DNA of 20,590 bases from Chiloscyllium plagiosum (Eukaryota), in the NCBI RefSeq assembly GCF_004010195.1, contig NC_057711.1, positions 72,824,067-72,844,656 on the forward strand, written 5' to 3'. Positions 10,472-20,590 of this stretch are shown one piece after another; positions within the stretch are counted from its first letter, which is position 1, and each line of letters starts with the position of its first letter. The notes under the pieces are model-generated. The model was not told the DNA's origin. It worked only from the letters and a program-made list of their open reading frames with translations, and searched no databases. The position numbers and the translations under genes were made by a program.

Positions 10472-10550
10472 TTGCTGCCTGAACTGCTGTGCTCTTCCAG
10501 CACCACTAATCCAGAATCTGGTTTCCAGCATCTGCAGTCATTGTTTTTAC
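10472..10550 (+). mobile_element. 79-bp Penelope-like 3'-terminal insertion with a 14-bp target-site duplication
   Basis: The body matches 14511-14551 almost exactly. It is flanked by ctagtcaaatatta at 10458-10471 and 10551-10564. Confidence 0.8.
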
Positions 10551-11042
10551 CTAGTCAAATATTAAGTCTTCTCCTGATTTCCCTTTAAATATGACATTTA
10601 CTTCCCTCTAAACTTTATCACATATTGTTGATATTACACCTAATGTAATAGAACACTATTTTGTCTGAATCACTGTGAACAATGTCAGGAGATATCTGAT
10701 TATGCATGAAAATTGTGTGTTTAGGATGGATTTGGTATTGTATATCTCAGGCATTCTGTTTATGAAAAATTTCTGTTTCACATTTGTACCCATTGGCTCC
10801 AATTTCATGTTCATAGAACAGCAATAAATCACAGCTAGGTTAGCAAATACAGCTTCAAAAACATCAATTGTGCATTGTAAAGGTCCACAGAATCAAAAGG
10901 AAAGCATTTAACAATGATTACCATCAGTTATCAACTTATTTCAGGCCTTCACTGTACATATTCTATGCAACACTCTCTTTATGTATCTGCGGTATTTATT
11001 TCAGACAGAAGATTTCATTTGCCTCCATCTTTTAAAAAAAAA

Positions 11043-11972
11043 TCATTCAAGAGATGTGGATTTCACTGTCTGAGCTAGCATTATTGACCCTCTCTAGTTG
11101 CCCTTGAGAAGGCAGTGCTGAGCTGCCTTCTTGAACTGCTGCAGTCCATATGGTGTGGTTAGGCCTACAATGCCATTTGGGAGGAAGTTCCAGGATTTTA
11201 ACGCAGCTGTATTCAAGGGACTGCGATATATTTTCAAGTCGTAAGAGTGAGTAGCTTAGACATGAATTTTCATGTGGTTTCCATGAATCTGCTGCCCTTG
11301 TCTTTCTGGAAGGTAAGACAATTGAGTTTTGAAGTTCCTGTCTAAGGATCCTTGGAAAATGACTGCAGTGCATCTCATGTATGGTACAGTTTTGCTACTG
11401 AGCATTAATGCTGGAGGGACTGAATGTTTGTGGATATGGTGCCAATCAAGTGGGTTCTTTTTCCTAGATGGCATCAAGCTTCTTAAATATAGCTGCAGTT
11501 ACACTCATAAGGTCAACCAAAGAATATTCCATCACACTCATGACTTGTGCTTTGTAAATGGTGAACAGACTTTAGCAAGTCAGGAACTAAGTTACTCAGT
11601 GCAGTAATCCTAGTCTCTGACCTGTTCTTGTAGCCATTGTATTTATATGACTGGTCCTGATCAGTTCGTCAACAGTAGCCTTCAGGGTTCTGATTGTAAG
11701 GAATTCAGTGATGGTAACACCACTGAATATCGAGTGGCTTGATTTTCTGTTGTTGGAGATGGACATTGCGTGGTACTTGTGTGGCACATATATTACTCAC
11801 ACCTGTCAACCTAAGCTTGGATGTTGCCCAGATCTCTCTGTAATGGACTGCTTCTGTAACTAAAGAGTCTTCAGTGGTGCTGAACATTGTTCAATCATCC
11901 ACAAAAATCCCAATTTGGACCTATTGAGGGAGAAAAGGTCGTTGAAGAAGATGGTTGGACCTAAGACTCACT
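11043..11972 (-). mobile_element. Old CR1/L2-group LINE 3' half
   Basis: The minus strand decodes to decayed RT motifs (VLGPTIF.NDL, G.FVDD..MFST, ..DLGNIQA..DR, VPHKYHAMSISN). The 3' UTR is caagggcaactagagagggtcaataatgct...catctcttgaatga. Confidence 0.8.
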
Positions 11973-12499
11973 CTACCTCGGTAACATCTACCTCACCTAT
12001 ACACGGTACTCCCTTGGGGCATTTCTAATAACTGTGTCCCATTTGTTGACATAAATATATCTAATTCCTCCTTGAAATCCACTATGGTTTCTTGTTCCAT
12101 CAGCCATGCCAATAAACGTGTTCTATAGTACTTGTGACATGTATAACGAGAAAAGAAAGTATCAATTAATTTTCAGGTAGCAATCAAATATTGTAATGTC
12201 ACTACAGACATTGTGTATAAAACAGAAAGTGTATTTAGACAATCCTAACAGGACTCTCAACTGTTCTTCTTCCCCAAGTAGAACAGTCTCTTGATTAACA
12301 GCTCATTCAGAGTAAGTAGTCTCTCAGCGCAGGTAATATATAAATATAATATATATCACACACATATACACCAAGCATGTAGGGTTTTGAATCTGAAATA
12401 TCTTCATATCTTCGAAAGCAGATGGAAGTAGAAAACAGTAAATTATAGCAGAAGATAGCCAAATTCAATACCGGCAGCAGAGTACACAACAGAATAATG

Positions 12500-12840
12500 T
12501 TTAAAAGGCATAATTCAAGGTATAGATTTGAATCCATGTAGCTTTCATAACAAAGTAGGTGAATTAATTGCATAGATAGAAGCAAATAGGTATGATCTGG
12601 CTGCCTTTATGGATATGTGACTGAAGAGTGGCCAAGGCTGAAATTCAAATATTCAAGGATATTTGGTATTAAAGAGAAACAGGCATGAAGAAATAAGAGG
12701 TGACATAGTGCTGTTAGCAAGAAATAGGATCAGTGCACAGATTCACATTAGTGAGAGAGGATCTTAGTTCAGAAGAACAAAATGCAGAATCTGTTTGGGT
12801 GGAATTAAGAAATGACAAATATTGGTAGTCATTTATATCA
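12500..12840 (+). mobile_element. Very old CR1 endonuclease fragment
   Basis: Decayed NKVGELIA.IEANRYDL, NIQGYLV and REDLSSEEQNAESVWVELRN motifs parallel those at 5240-5540. Confidence 0.65.
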
Positions 12841-13329
12841 CAATAGGAGTGATAACAAAGCATATAATATAAATCTTTCTATCATTAATTTCTCTGAATA
12901 AACAAGAGTCATTGCTGCAACAACATGAATATTTTATAACAGTATTATCCATCAATGAAGAAATGAGGAACAATTTCACTTGTAGAATTAGATCACCACA
13001 TGTGGCTTTCACCAACCATCTAAACATCATTCCTATCTAACACTGATATAAATCAAGCAACTTATAATTAAGTTCTTATAGAAAACAAAATACAGTAGCT
13101 CAATGTTATTAAAGCTGTTTCACACTACTCACTGCTACCAGGTAACTAGGTTGAATGGACATTCTAGTTAACACATTAAAATGAGCTATCTGATCTAATT
13201 TCACAAGAGAATATTGCAGTTATGACACCTTCAACATCTCCACATGCCCTAATGTGATTCAAAGTCTTTCATGTCTCTAGTACTCTTCACTACTCTAGGT
13301 CATCCCGTAATATATTACAGACAATATTG

Positions 13330-13645
13330 CAATATAGGAAACTCAACAGTCAAGTTGTGCACAGCAAGTTTGCATAAACAGCAATGTGATAATAACCAAG
13401 TAATTTATCTTTTCATCATGTTGATTGGTGAATAAATATTTGCCAAGACAATGGTGATAATTCCCAACTCCTCTTTGAAATAGTGTTATAGGAGGTTTTT
13501 TTTATACCCAAATGCATGGGTAGGTGGCATGTCATCGAAGTGACAGAACTGGAATTTCAACCTTAATTTTTGAGCTGGAATCTTGGAGTTGGACTTGGAC
13601 TTACAAGGTTCTGACCCAGAGGCAAGCCATGACCGACTAAATTGA
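13330..13645 (-). mobile_element. Deu-domain tRNA SINE (SacSINE1/AmnSINE-like), decayed
   Basis: The + strand carries the reverse Deu core (gcacagcaagtttgcataaacagcaatgtgataataacc...catgttgattggtgaataaatatttgccaagaca...tttgaaatagtg). A reverse tRNA-like head follows (ggacttggacttacaaggttctgacccagaggc). Confidence 0.7.
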
Positions 13646-13889
13646 TAGTACTGGCAAGACAGGGACTGCACAAAAGTTAAGAGAAGGGTTAGCAAAGGTT
13701 CCAGCGAAATGGTTGAATCTGTTTTGAAGAAACCTCTGGACCTGAGGTTAGAATAAACAAAAAGGAGGTGTTCTAGAAATAAAGAGGGCAAGATCACATT
13801 AGTTAGTTAATCGATAGGGGAGCTCAGGGGGAGTCGGGTAGGGAGTTGAAGTAATGAGTGATACTGAATGGTTATTGATGAACTCTCTT

Positions 13890-14551
13890 TGGCACGACAT
13901 TTCCGCCACCTCAAAACAGACCCCACCACCAGGGATATATTTCCCTCCCCACCCCTCTCCGCCTTCCGCAAAGACCGTTCCCTCCGTGACTACCTGGTCA
14001 GATCCACGCCCCCCTACGACCCTGTGCCCACANNNNNNNNNNNNNNNNNNNNNNNNNNNNNNNNNNNNNNNNNNNNNNNNNNNNNNNNNNNNNNNNNNNN
14101 NNNNNNNNNNNNNNNNNNNNNNNNNNNNNNNNNNNNNNNNNNNNNNNNNNNNNNNNNNNNNNNNNNNNNNNNNNNNNNNNNNNNNNNNNNNNNNNNNNNN
14201 NNNNNNNNNNNNNNNNNNNNNNNNNNNNNNNNNNNNNNNNNNNNNNNNNNNNNNNNNNNNNNNNNNNNNNNNNNNNNNNNNNNNNNNNNNNNNNNNNNNN
14301 NNNNNNNNNNNNNNNNNNNNNNNNNNNNNNNNNNNNNNNNNNNNNNNNNNNNNNNNNNNNNNNNNNNNNNNNNNNNNNNNNNNNNNNNNNNNNNNNNNNN
14401 NNNNNNNNNNNNNNNNNNNNNNNNNNNNNNNNNNNNNNNNNNNNNGGCTCTCGGCCTTTATTCCTGATGAAGGGCTTTTGCCCGAAACGTCGATTTTGTC
14501 TGTCCTCGGATGCTGCCTGAATTGCTGTGCTCTTCCAGCACCACTAATCCA
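13890..14551 (+). mobile_element. 5'-truncated Penelope-like retroelement spanning an N-gap
   Basis: RHFRHLKTDPTTRDIFPSPPLSAFRKDRSLRDYLVRST matches the linker preceding the GIY-YIG domain in PLE ORFs. After the gap comes the pLTR with CTGATGA..GAAA. The two sides are linked only by scaffolding. Confidence 0.75.
14460..14495 (+). ncRNA. Minimal type I hammerhead ribozyme motif
   Basis: CUGAUGA (14464-14470), an extra A, stem II GGGC-UUUU-GCCC (14472-14483), GAAA (14484-14487), palindromic ACGU, and a GUC cleavage triplet ending at 14491. Stem I is imperfect (AUUC/GAUU). Confidence 0.65.
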
Positions 14552-17295
14552 CATTCTCCCTAACGCTGGACTCACTCTCCACAGCACTGAACTCACGCTC
14601 CCCTGTGCTGGGCTCACTTGCCCAAACGCTGGACACACTCTCCCCTGTACTGGGCTCGCTCCCCCCTGTACTGGGCTCAGGCTCCCCTACATTGAACTCA
14701 CTCTCCCCTGAGCTGTGCTCATTCTACCCTGCACTGGCTCACGCTCCCCTGCGCTGGGCTCACGCTCCCCTGCGCTGGGCTCACGCTCCCCTGCACTGGG
14801 CTCATTCTCCCCAGAACATGGCTCACTCTCCCCTGAGCTGGGCTCACTCACCCCCCGCTGGGCTCACTCTCCCCTGATCTGGGCTCATTCTCCCCTGCCC
14901 TGTGCTCACTCTCCCCTGCACTGGGCTCACTCTCCCCTGCGCTGGGCTCACTCTCCCCTGCACTGGGCTCACTCTCCCCTGAGCTGGGCTCACTCTCCTC
15001 TGGGCTGGGTTCACTCTACCTTGCGCTGGGATCACTCTCCACTGCACTGTGCTCATGCACCCCTGTGCTGGGCTCAAACTCCCTAACGCTGGGCTCACTC
15101 TCCCTCACGCTGGACACACTCTCCCCTGCACTGGACTCACGCTCCCCTGTGCTTTGCTGACACTCCCCTGCGCTGGGCTCCCTCTGCCCTGCACTGGGCT
15201 AATTCTCCCTAACACTGGGGTCTCTCTCCCCTGTGCTGGGCTCACTCTCCCCTACGCTGGGCTCACTCTCCCCTACACTGGGCTCACTCTCTCCTATGCT
15301 GGTCTCACTCTCCCCTATGCTGACTCACTCTCCTCTGCGCTGGGCTCACTCTCCCCTGCCCTGGGCTCACGCTCCTCTGTGCTGGGCTCACTCTCCCTTA
15401 TGCTGGGCTCACTCGCCGTAACACTGGACACACTCTCCCCTGTACTGGGCTCACTCCCCTCTGTACATGGCTCACTTTACCCTGTACTGGGCTCACTATC
15501 CCCTGCGCTTGACTCACGCATCCCTGTGCTGGCCTCACACTCCCCTGTGCTGGGCTCCCTCTGCCCTGCGCTGGGCTAATTCTCCCTAACGCTGGGCTCA
15601 CTCTCCCCTGTGCTGGGCTCACAGTCCCCTGCGCTGGGCTCATTCTCCCCTGCGCTGGGCTCGCTCTCCACTGCGCTGGTCTCATGCTCCCCTGTGCTGG
15701 GCTCACGCTCCCCTGTGCTGCGCTCACGCTACCTTGTGCTGGGCTCACTCTCCCTAACGCTGGGCTCACTCTCCCCCAACGCTGGGCACACTCTCCCCTG
15801 TACTGGGCTCACTCCCCGCTGTTCTGCTCTCACTCTCCCCTGTATTGGGCTTTGACTCCCCTGCGCTGGGCTCACGCTCCCCTATGCTGGGCACACTCTC
15901 CCCTGCGCTGGGCTCCCTCTGCCCTGCACTGGGCTAATTTCCCGAATGCTGGGCTCACTCTCCCTGTGCTAGGCGCACTCTCCCCTGCGCTGGGCTCATG
16001 CTCCCCTATGCTGGGCACACTCTCCCCTGCGCTGGGCTCCCTCTGCCCTGCACTGGGCTAATTTCCCGAATGCTGGGCTCACTCTCCCTGTGCTAGGCGC
16101 ACTCTCCCCTGCGCTGGGCTCATGCTCCCCTATGCTGGGCACACTCTCCCCTGCGCTGGGCTCCCTCTGCCCTGCACTGGGCTAATTTCCCGAATGCTGG
16201 GCTCACTCTCCCTGTGCTAGGCGCACTCTCCCCTGCGCTGGGCTCATGCTCCCCTATGCTGGGCACACTCTCCCCTGCGCTGGGCTCCCTCTGCCCTGCA
16301 CTGGGCTAATTTCCCGAATGCTGGGCTCACTCTCCCTGTGCTAGGCGCACTCTCCCCTGCGCTGGGCTCATGCTCCCCTATGCTGGGCACACTCTCCCCT
16401 GCGCTGGGCTCCCTCTGCCCTGCACTGGGCTAATTTCCCGAATGCTGGGCTCACTCTCCCTGTGCTAGGCGCACTCTCCCCTGCGCTGGGCTCATGCTCC
16501 CCTATGCTGGGCACACTCTCCCCTGCGCTGGGCTCCCTCTGCCCTGCACTGGGCTAATTTCCCGAATGCTGGGCTCACTCTCCCTGTGCTAGGCTCACTC
16601 TCCCCTGCACGGGGCTCAGTCTCCCCTGTGCTGGGTTCACTCTCCCCTGCACTGGGCTCTCTCTCCCCTACATTGGACTCACTCTTCCCTGAGCTGGGCT
16701 CATTTTACCCTGCCCTGGGCTCTCACTCTCCTGTGCTGTGCTCAAGCTCCCCTGCACTGGGCTCATTCTCCCAAGAGCATGGCCTACTCTCCCCTGAGCT
16801 GGGTTCACTCTCCCCTGCACTGGGCTCTCTCTCCCCTACATTGGACTCACTCTTCCCTGAGCTGGGCTCATTTTACCCTGCCCTGGGCTCTCACTCTCCT
16901 GTGCTGTGCTCAAGCTCCCCTGCACTGGGCTCATTCTCCCAAGAGCATGGCCTACTCTCCCCTGAGCTGGGCTCACGCTCCCCTGTTCTGGGCTCACGCT
17001 CGCTGCACTGGGCTGCCTCTGCCGTGCACTGGGCTAATTCTCCCTAACGCTGGGCTCACTCTCCCCTGAGCTGGGCTCACTCTCCCCTGCGCTGGGCTCA
17101 CTCTCCCCTGCGCTGGGCTCACTCTCCCCTGCGCTGGGCTCACTCTCCCCTGCGCTGGGCTCACTCTCCCCTGCGCTGGGCTCACTCTCCCCTGCGCTGG
17201 GCTCACTCTCCCCTGCGCTGGGCTCACTCTCCCCTGCGCTGGGCTCACTCTCCCCTGCGCTGGGCTCACTCTCCCCTGCGCTGGGCTCACTCTCC
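14552..17295. repeat. 21-bp GC-rich minisatellite/satellite array (GCTGGGCTCACTCTCCCCTGC)n, left block
   Basis: About 130 diverged monomers. It includes a 124-bp higher-order repeat (15876-16594), a 168-bp duplication (~16631-16972) and a pure monomer run (~17070-17295) ending at a gap. Confidence 0.97.
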
Positions 17296-17344
17296 NNNNN
17301 NNNNNNNNNNNNNNNNNNNNNNNNNNNNNNNNNNNNNNNNNNNN

Positions 17345-17590
17345 ACTGACTGTGTGGAGTTTGCACATTCTCCCCGTGTCTGCGTGGGTTTCCTCCGGGT
17401 GCTCCGGTTTCCTCCCACAGTCCAAAGATGTGCGGGTCAGGTGAATTGGCCATGCTAAATTGCCCGTAGTGTTAGGTTAAAGGGGTAAATGTAGGGGTAT
17501 GGGTGGGTTGCGCTTCAGCGGGTCGGTGTGGACTTGTTGGGCTGAAGGGCCTGTTTCCACACTGTAAGTAATCTAATCTAATCTAATCTA
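17345..17590 (+). mobile_element. Young HE1-type V-SINE (5' head hidden in the gap)
   Basis: V-domain gtgtggagtttgcacattctccccgtgtctgcgtgggtttcctccggg, CR1-like 3' end gaagggcctgtttccacactgt, and (taatc)n tail. Confidence 0.9.
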
Positions 17591-17834
17591 TTTCTTGTTG
17601 CTATGCATTTTGTATGCTCAACACAATGTCCTGTTTCTACGAATGCATTGGTTTTGAACTCATTTGTTTTTTTTCAATCCTTTCCACATAGTTACAATTA
17701 ATACTGACAACGGATTAGATCCACCATTTTGGATTATCTTCATACCTCTTATGACTTTATCAGTCTTGAACTGATCTTTATTATGAGAATGAGGCATGAA
17801 CTTAAACAGCCAGTAAACTGTCTTTTACACTTGG

Positions 17835-18070
17835 AAGCAACAGAATTGTACTCCGGCATAACCTCACGGTCCAGCATATTCTCCACTCAATCATTACCAT
17901 CAAGTCAGGAGATCAACCCTGGTGCAATGGAGAGTGCAGGAGCAACACAAGGCATATTAAAAATGAGGTGCTAACCTGGTGAAGCTACCAAACAGGACTA
18001 CTTGCATGCCAACTGTATAAGCAGCAAGTGAAAACAATCCCACAACAAACTGATCATATACAAGCTTCTT
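17835..18070 (+). mobile_element. Old CR1/L2-group LINE internal fragment
   Basis: ggagatcaaccctggtgcaatggagagtgcagg...ctggtgaagctaccaaacaggactacttgcatgcc decodes to GDQPW.NGECR..GEATKQDYLHA, typical of the EN-RT linker. Recognised from memory. Confidence 0.55.
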
Positions 18071-18328
18071 CCGTACTGTATGATTCTATGATTATGGCTG
18101 TTCGTTTGCAAGTTAATTTTAACAGTTGCTCCAAACATAGATTTATCACATGTCATCCTTTGGCCCACTCAAACCTATATTCTCTGCTTATTTTCACTTA
18201 TACTTGGCACCTTTCATTTCTTCCATTCATAGCGTTGCCTCTCCAAATCCATGTTTATAATATGCATACAGAAACATACGTCCATTTAATAAACATACAC
18301 AATCAGAACAACACACATGAAGGCAGAC

Positions 18329-18510
18329 CTGAGAATACCAGTTCCTGTTCCAATATCAAGAACAGACACGCAACCAGACTGCACTGTTTTTTGGATTGCT
18401 CTCTGATAGGCGACATTCCTCTGCTTATCATTCAGCATTAAAAAATGCCAGCGTTCCACTAGCCAGTTGGCCACACGATAGAAATTTTCCCTTGCCTCAG
18501 TGTAGTCAGG
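18329..18510 (-). CDS. PRMT9: Protein arginine N-methyltransferase 9, internal coding exon (3' part; 5' part replaced by a CR1, so possibly a disrupted copy)
   Basis: Sixty open codons: [60 protein letters not shown]. These match vertebrate PRMT9 ([20 protein letters not shown] and SAM-binding motif I VLDIGxGTG). The exon ends at a phase-2 donor AG|GTCTGC (GT at 18328-18327). The native acceptor is absent. Confidence 0.88.
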
Positions 18511-18778
18511 TGAGAGGGGAAAGATTTAAAAGGGACCTAAGGGGCAACATTTTCACACAGAGGGTGGTACGTGTATGGAATGAACTGCCAGAGGATGTGG
18601 TGGAGGTGGTACAATTGCAACATTTAAAAGGCATTTGGATGGGTATATGAATAAGAACGGTTTGGAAGGATATGGGCCGGGTGCTGGCAGGTGGGACTAG
18701 ATTGGGTTGGGATATCTGGTCGGCATGAACGGGTTGTACCGAAGGGTCTGTTTCCATGCTGTACATCTCTATGACTCT
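18508..18778 (+). mobile_element. 5'-truncated CR1 3' end, same family as 4282-7765
   Basis: It closely matches 7490-7761 ([28 protein letters not shown]; gaagggtctgtttccatgctgtacatctctatgactct). Confidence 0.93.
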
Positions 18779-19254
18779 CTGGTTGATCATCCAACTCTTG
18801 TACTCTATTCCCACTTTCTCCACATTGCTTTTGATCCATTTAGCTTGAATAACTATAACTCCTTCTTGAAAACATTTAATGTTTTGGACTCCACTGGTTT
18901 ATGTTGTTAATGAGAATTCCACAGGCTCACCACTCTCTGAAGAATGGTGAAGAAATTTCTCCTCATCTTAGTCCTACCCTGCATCCTCTGACTGTGTACC
19001 CTGATTCTCGATTCTCCTGTCAGCAGGAGCAACCTTCCTGTGTTTACCCTGCTTAGTCCTGTTAGAATTTTATAGGTTTCTATGAGATACCTCTTCATTC
19101 TTCTCAACTACAGTAAATATCGTTCTGACCGATCTTGTCTCCTCATATGCCAGACCTGCTATTCCAGGAATCAGTGTGGGTCATTGCATTCCCTCCATGG
19201 CCAGAGCTTCCTTCCTCAGATTAGGAGACCAAAACTGAACAGAATACTCCAGGT
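18779..19254 (-). mobile_element. Old CR1 3' region lacking its terminus
   Basis: The minus strand reads LEYSVQFWSP, RRMKRYLIETYKILTGL and RRNFF..QRVVSLWNS. The 3' UTR is cut after ttggatgatcaacc. Confidence 0.8.
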
Positions 19255-19267
19255 ATCGTTTCAGCAA

Positions 19268-20590
19268 GCTGGGCTCACTCTCCCTAACGCTGTGCTCACT
19301 CGCCCAAACGCTGGACACACTCCCCCCTGTACTGGGCTCTCTCCCCCCTGTACTGGGCTCACTCTCCCCTGTATTAGGTTTGTCCCCCCTGCGCTGGGCT
19401 CACGCTCCCCGATGTTGGGCTCACTCTCCCCTGTGCTGGGCTCCCTCTGCCCTGCACTGGGCTAATTCTCCCTAACGCTGGACTCATTCTCCCCTGTGTT
19501 GGGCTCACTCTCCCCTGAGCTGGGCTCACTCTCCTCTGCGCTGGGTTCACTCTCCCCTGCGCTGGGCTCATTCTCCCCTGAGTTGGGCTCATTCTGCCCT
19601 GAGCTGGGCTCACTCTCCTCTGCGCTGGGTTCACTCTCCCCTGCGCTGGGCAAATTCTCCCTAATGCTGGGTTCACTCTCCCTTGCTCTGGGCTGACTCT
19701 CCCCTATGGTGGGCTCACTCTCCCCTGCACCGGGCTCACTCTCCACTGCACTGGGCTCACGCTCTGCTGCGCTGGACTCACTCTCCCTAATGCTGGGCTC
19801 ACTCTCCCTAACGCTGCACACATTCTCCCCAGTACTGTGCTCACTCCCCTCTGTACAGGGCTCACATTCCCCTGTACTGGGCTCACTCTTCCCTGCGCTG
19901 GACTCACTCTCCCCTGTGCTTGGCTCACTCTACCCTGCGCAGGGCTCACTCTCCACAGTGCTGGACTCATTCTCCCTAACGCTGGGCTCACTCTCCCTAA
20001 CGCTGTGCTCACTCGCCCAAACGCTGGACACACTCTCCCCTGTACTGGGCTCACTCCCCCCTGTACTGGGCTCACTCTCCCCTGTATTGGGCTTTGTCTC
20101 CCCTGCGCTGGGCTCACGCTCTCCTATGCTGCGCTCACTCTCCCCTGCGCTGGGCTCCCTCTGCCTTGCACTGGGCTAATTCTCCCTAACGCTGGGCTCA
20201 CTCTCCCCTGTGCTGGGCTCACTCTCCCCTGCGCTGGACTCACTCTCCCCTGCGCTGGGCTCCCTCTGCCTTGCACTGGGCTAATTCTCCCTAACGCTGG
20301 GCTCACTCTCCCCTGTGCTGGGCTCACTCTCCCCTGCGCTGGACTCATTCTCCCCTGTGTTGGGCTCACTCTGCCTTGCACTGGGCTAATTCTCCCTAAC
20401 GCTGTGCTCACTCTCCCCTGTGCTGGGCTCACTCTCCCCTGCGCTGGACTCATTCTCCCCTGTGTTGGGCTCACTCTCCCCTGCACTGGGCTCTCTCTCC
20501 CTTACATTGGACTCACTCTCCCCTGAGCTGGGCGTATTCTACCCTGCGCTGGGCTCACTCGCCCCTGCGCTGGGCTCATTCTCCCCTGAG
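19268..20590. repeat. 21-bp satellite array, right block (runs off the window)
   Basis: It has the same monomer, orientation and diagnostic variant monomers as 14552-17295. Confidence 0.97.

Noticed and set aside
12030..12140. Faint CR1-like traces (also 13700-13820)
   Set aside because: They are too decayed to delimit or assign by eye.
14605..20526. Many long ORFs with LGSLSPA / RVSPAQG / ESEPSAG / WAHSPL repeats
   Set aside because: These are translations of a stop-free 21-bp (7-codon) monomer and are open in several frames on both strands. There is no evidence of a gene.
14552..20590. CRISPR-like array
   Set aside because: The monomers are contiguous with no unique spacers, there are no cas genes, and the context is eukaryotic.

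Overview
This is repeat-dense vertebrate genomic DNA, most likely from a shark (HE1-type V-SINEs, several CR1 LINE families, a Deu-domain SINE and Penelope ends). It comes from a draft scaffold with three N-gaps (6985-7208, 14033-14445, 17296-17344). The only host-gene sequence I recognise is a minus-strand PRMT9 coding exon fragment (18329-18510). It is cut mid-exon by a 5'-truncated CR1 and lies on a ~1.9-kb island between two arrays of the same 21-bp satellite. Other contents: a near-full-length, internally deleted CR1 (4282-7765); a Gypsy LTR/gag relic with nested CR1s; a Penelope 3' end carrying a minimal hammerhead ribozyme motif; higher-order satellite repeats; and a perfect inverted duplication with 271-bp arms whose outer junction is a patchwork of locally templated pieces. 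Most supplied ORFs are TE remnants or satellite artefacts. Family names come from my recognition of motifs, not from database searches. I see no clear evidence of a new multi-gene system; the strongest leads are structural or RNA-level.
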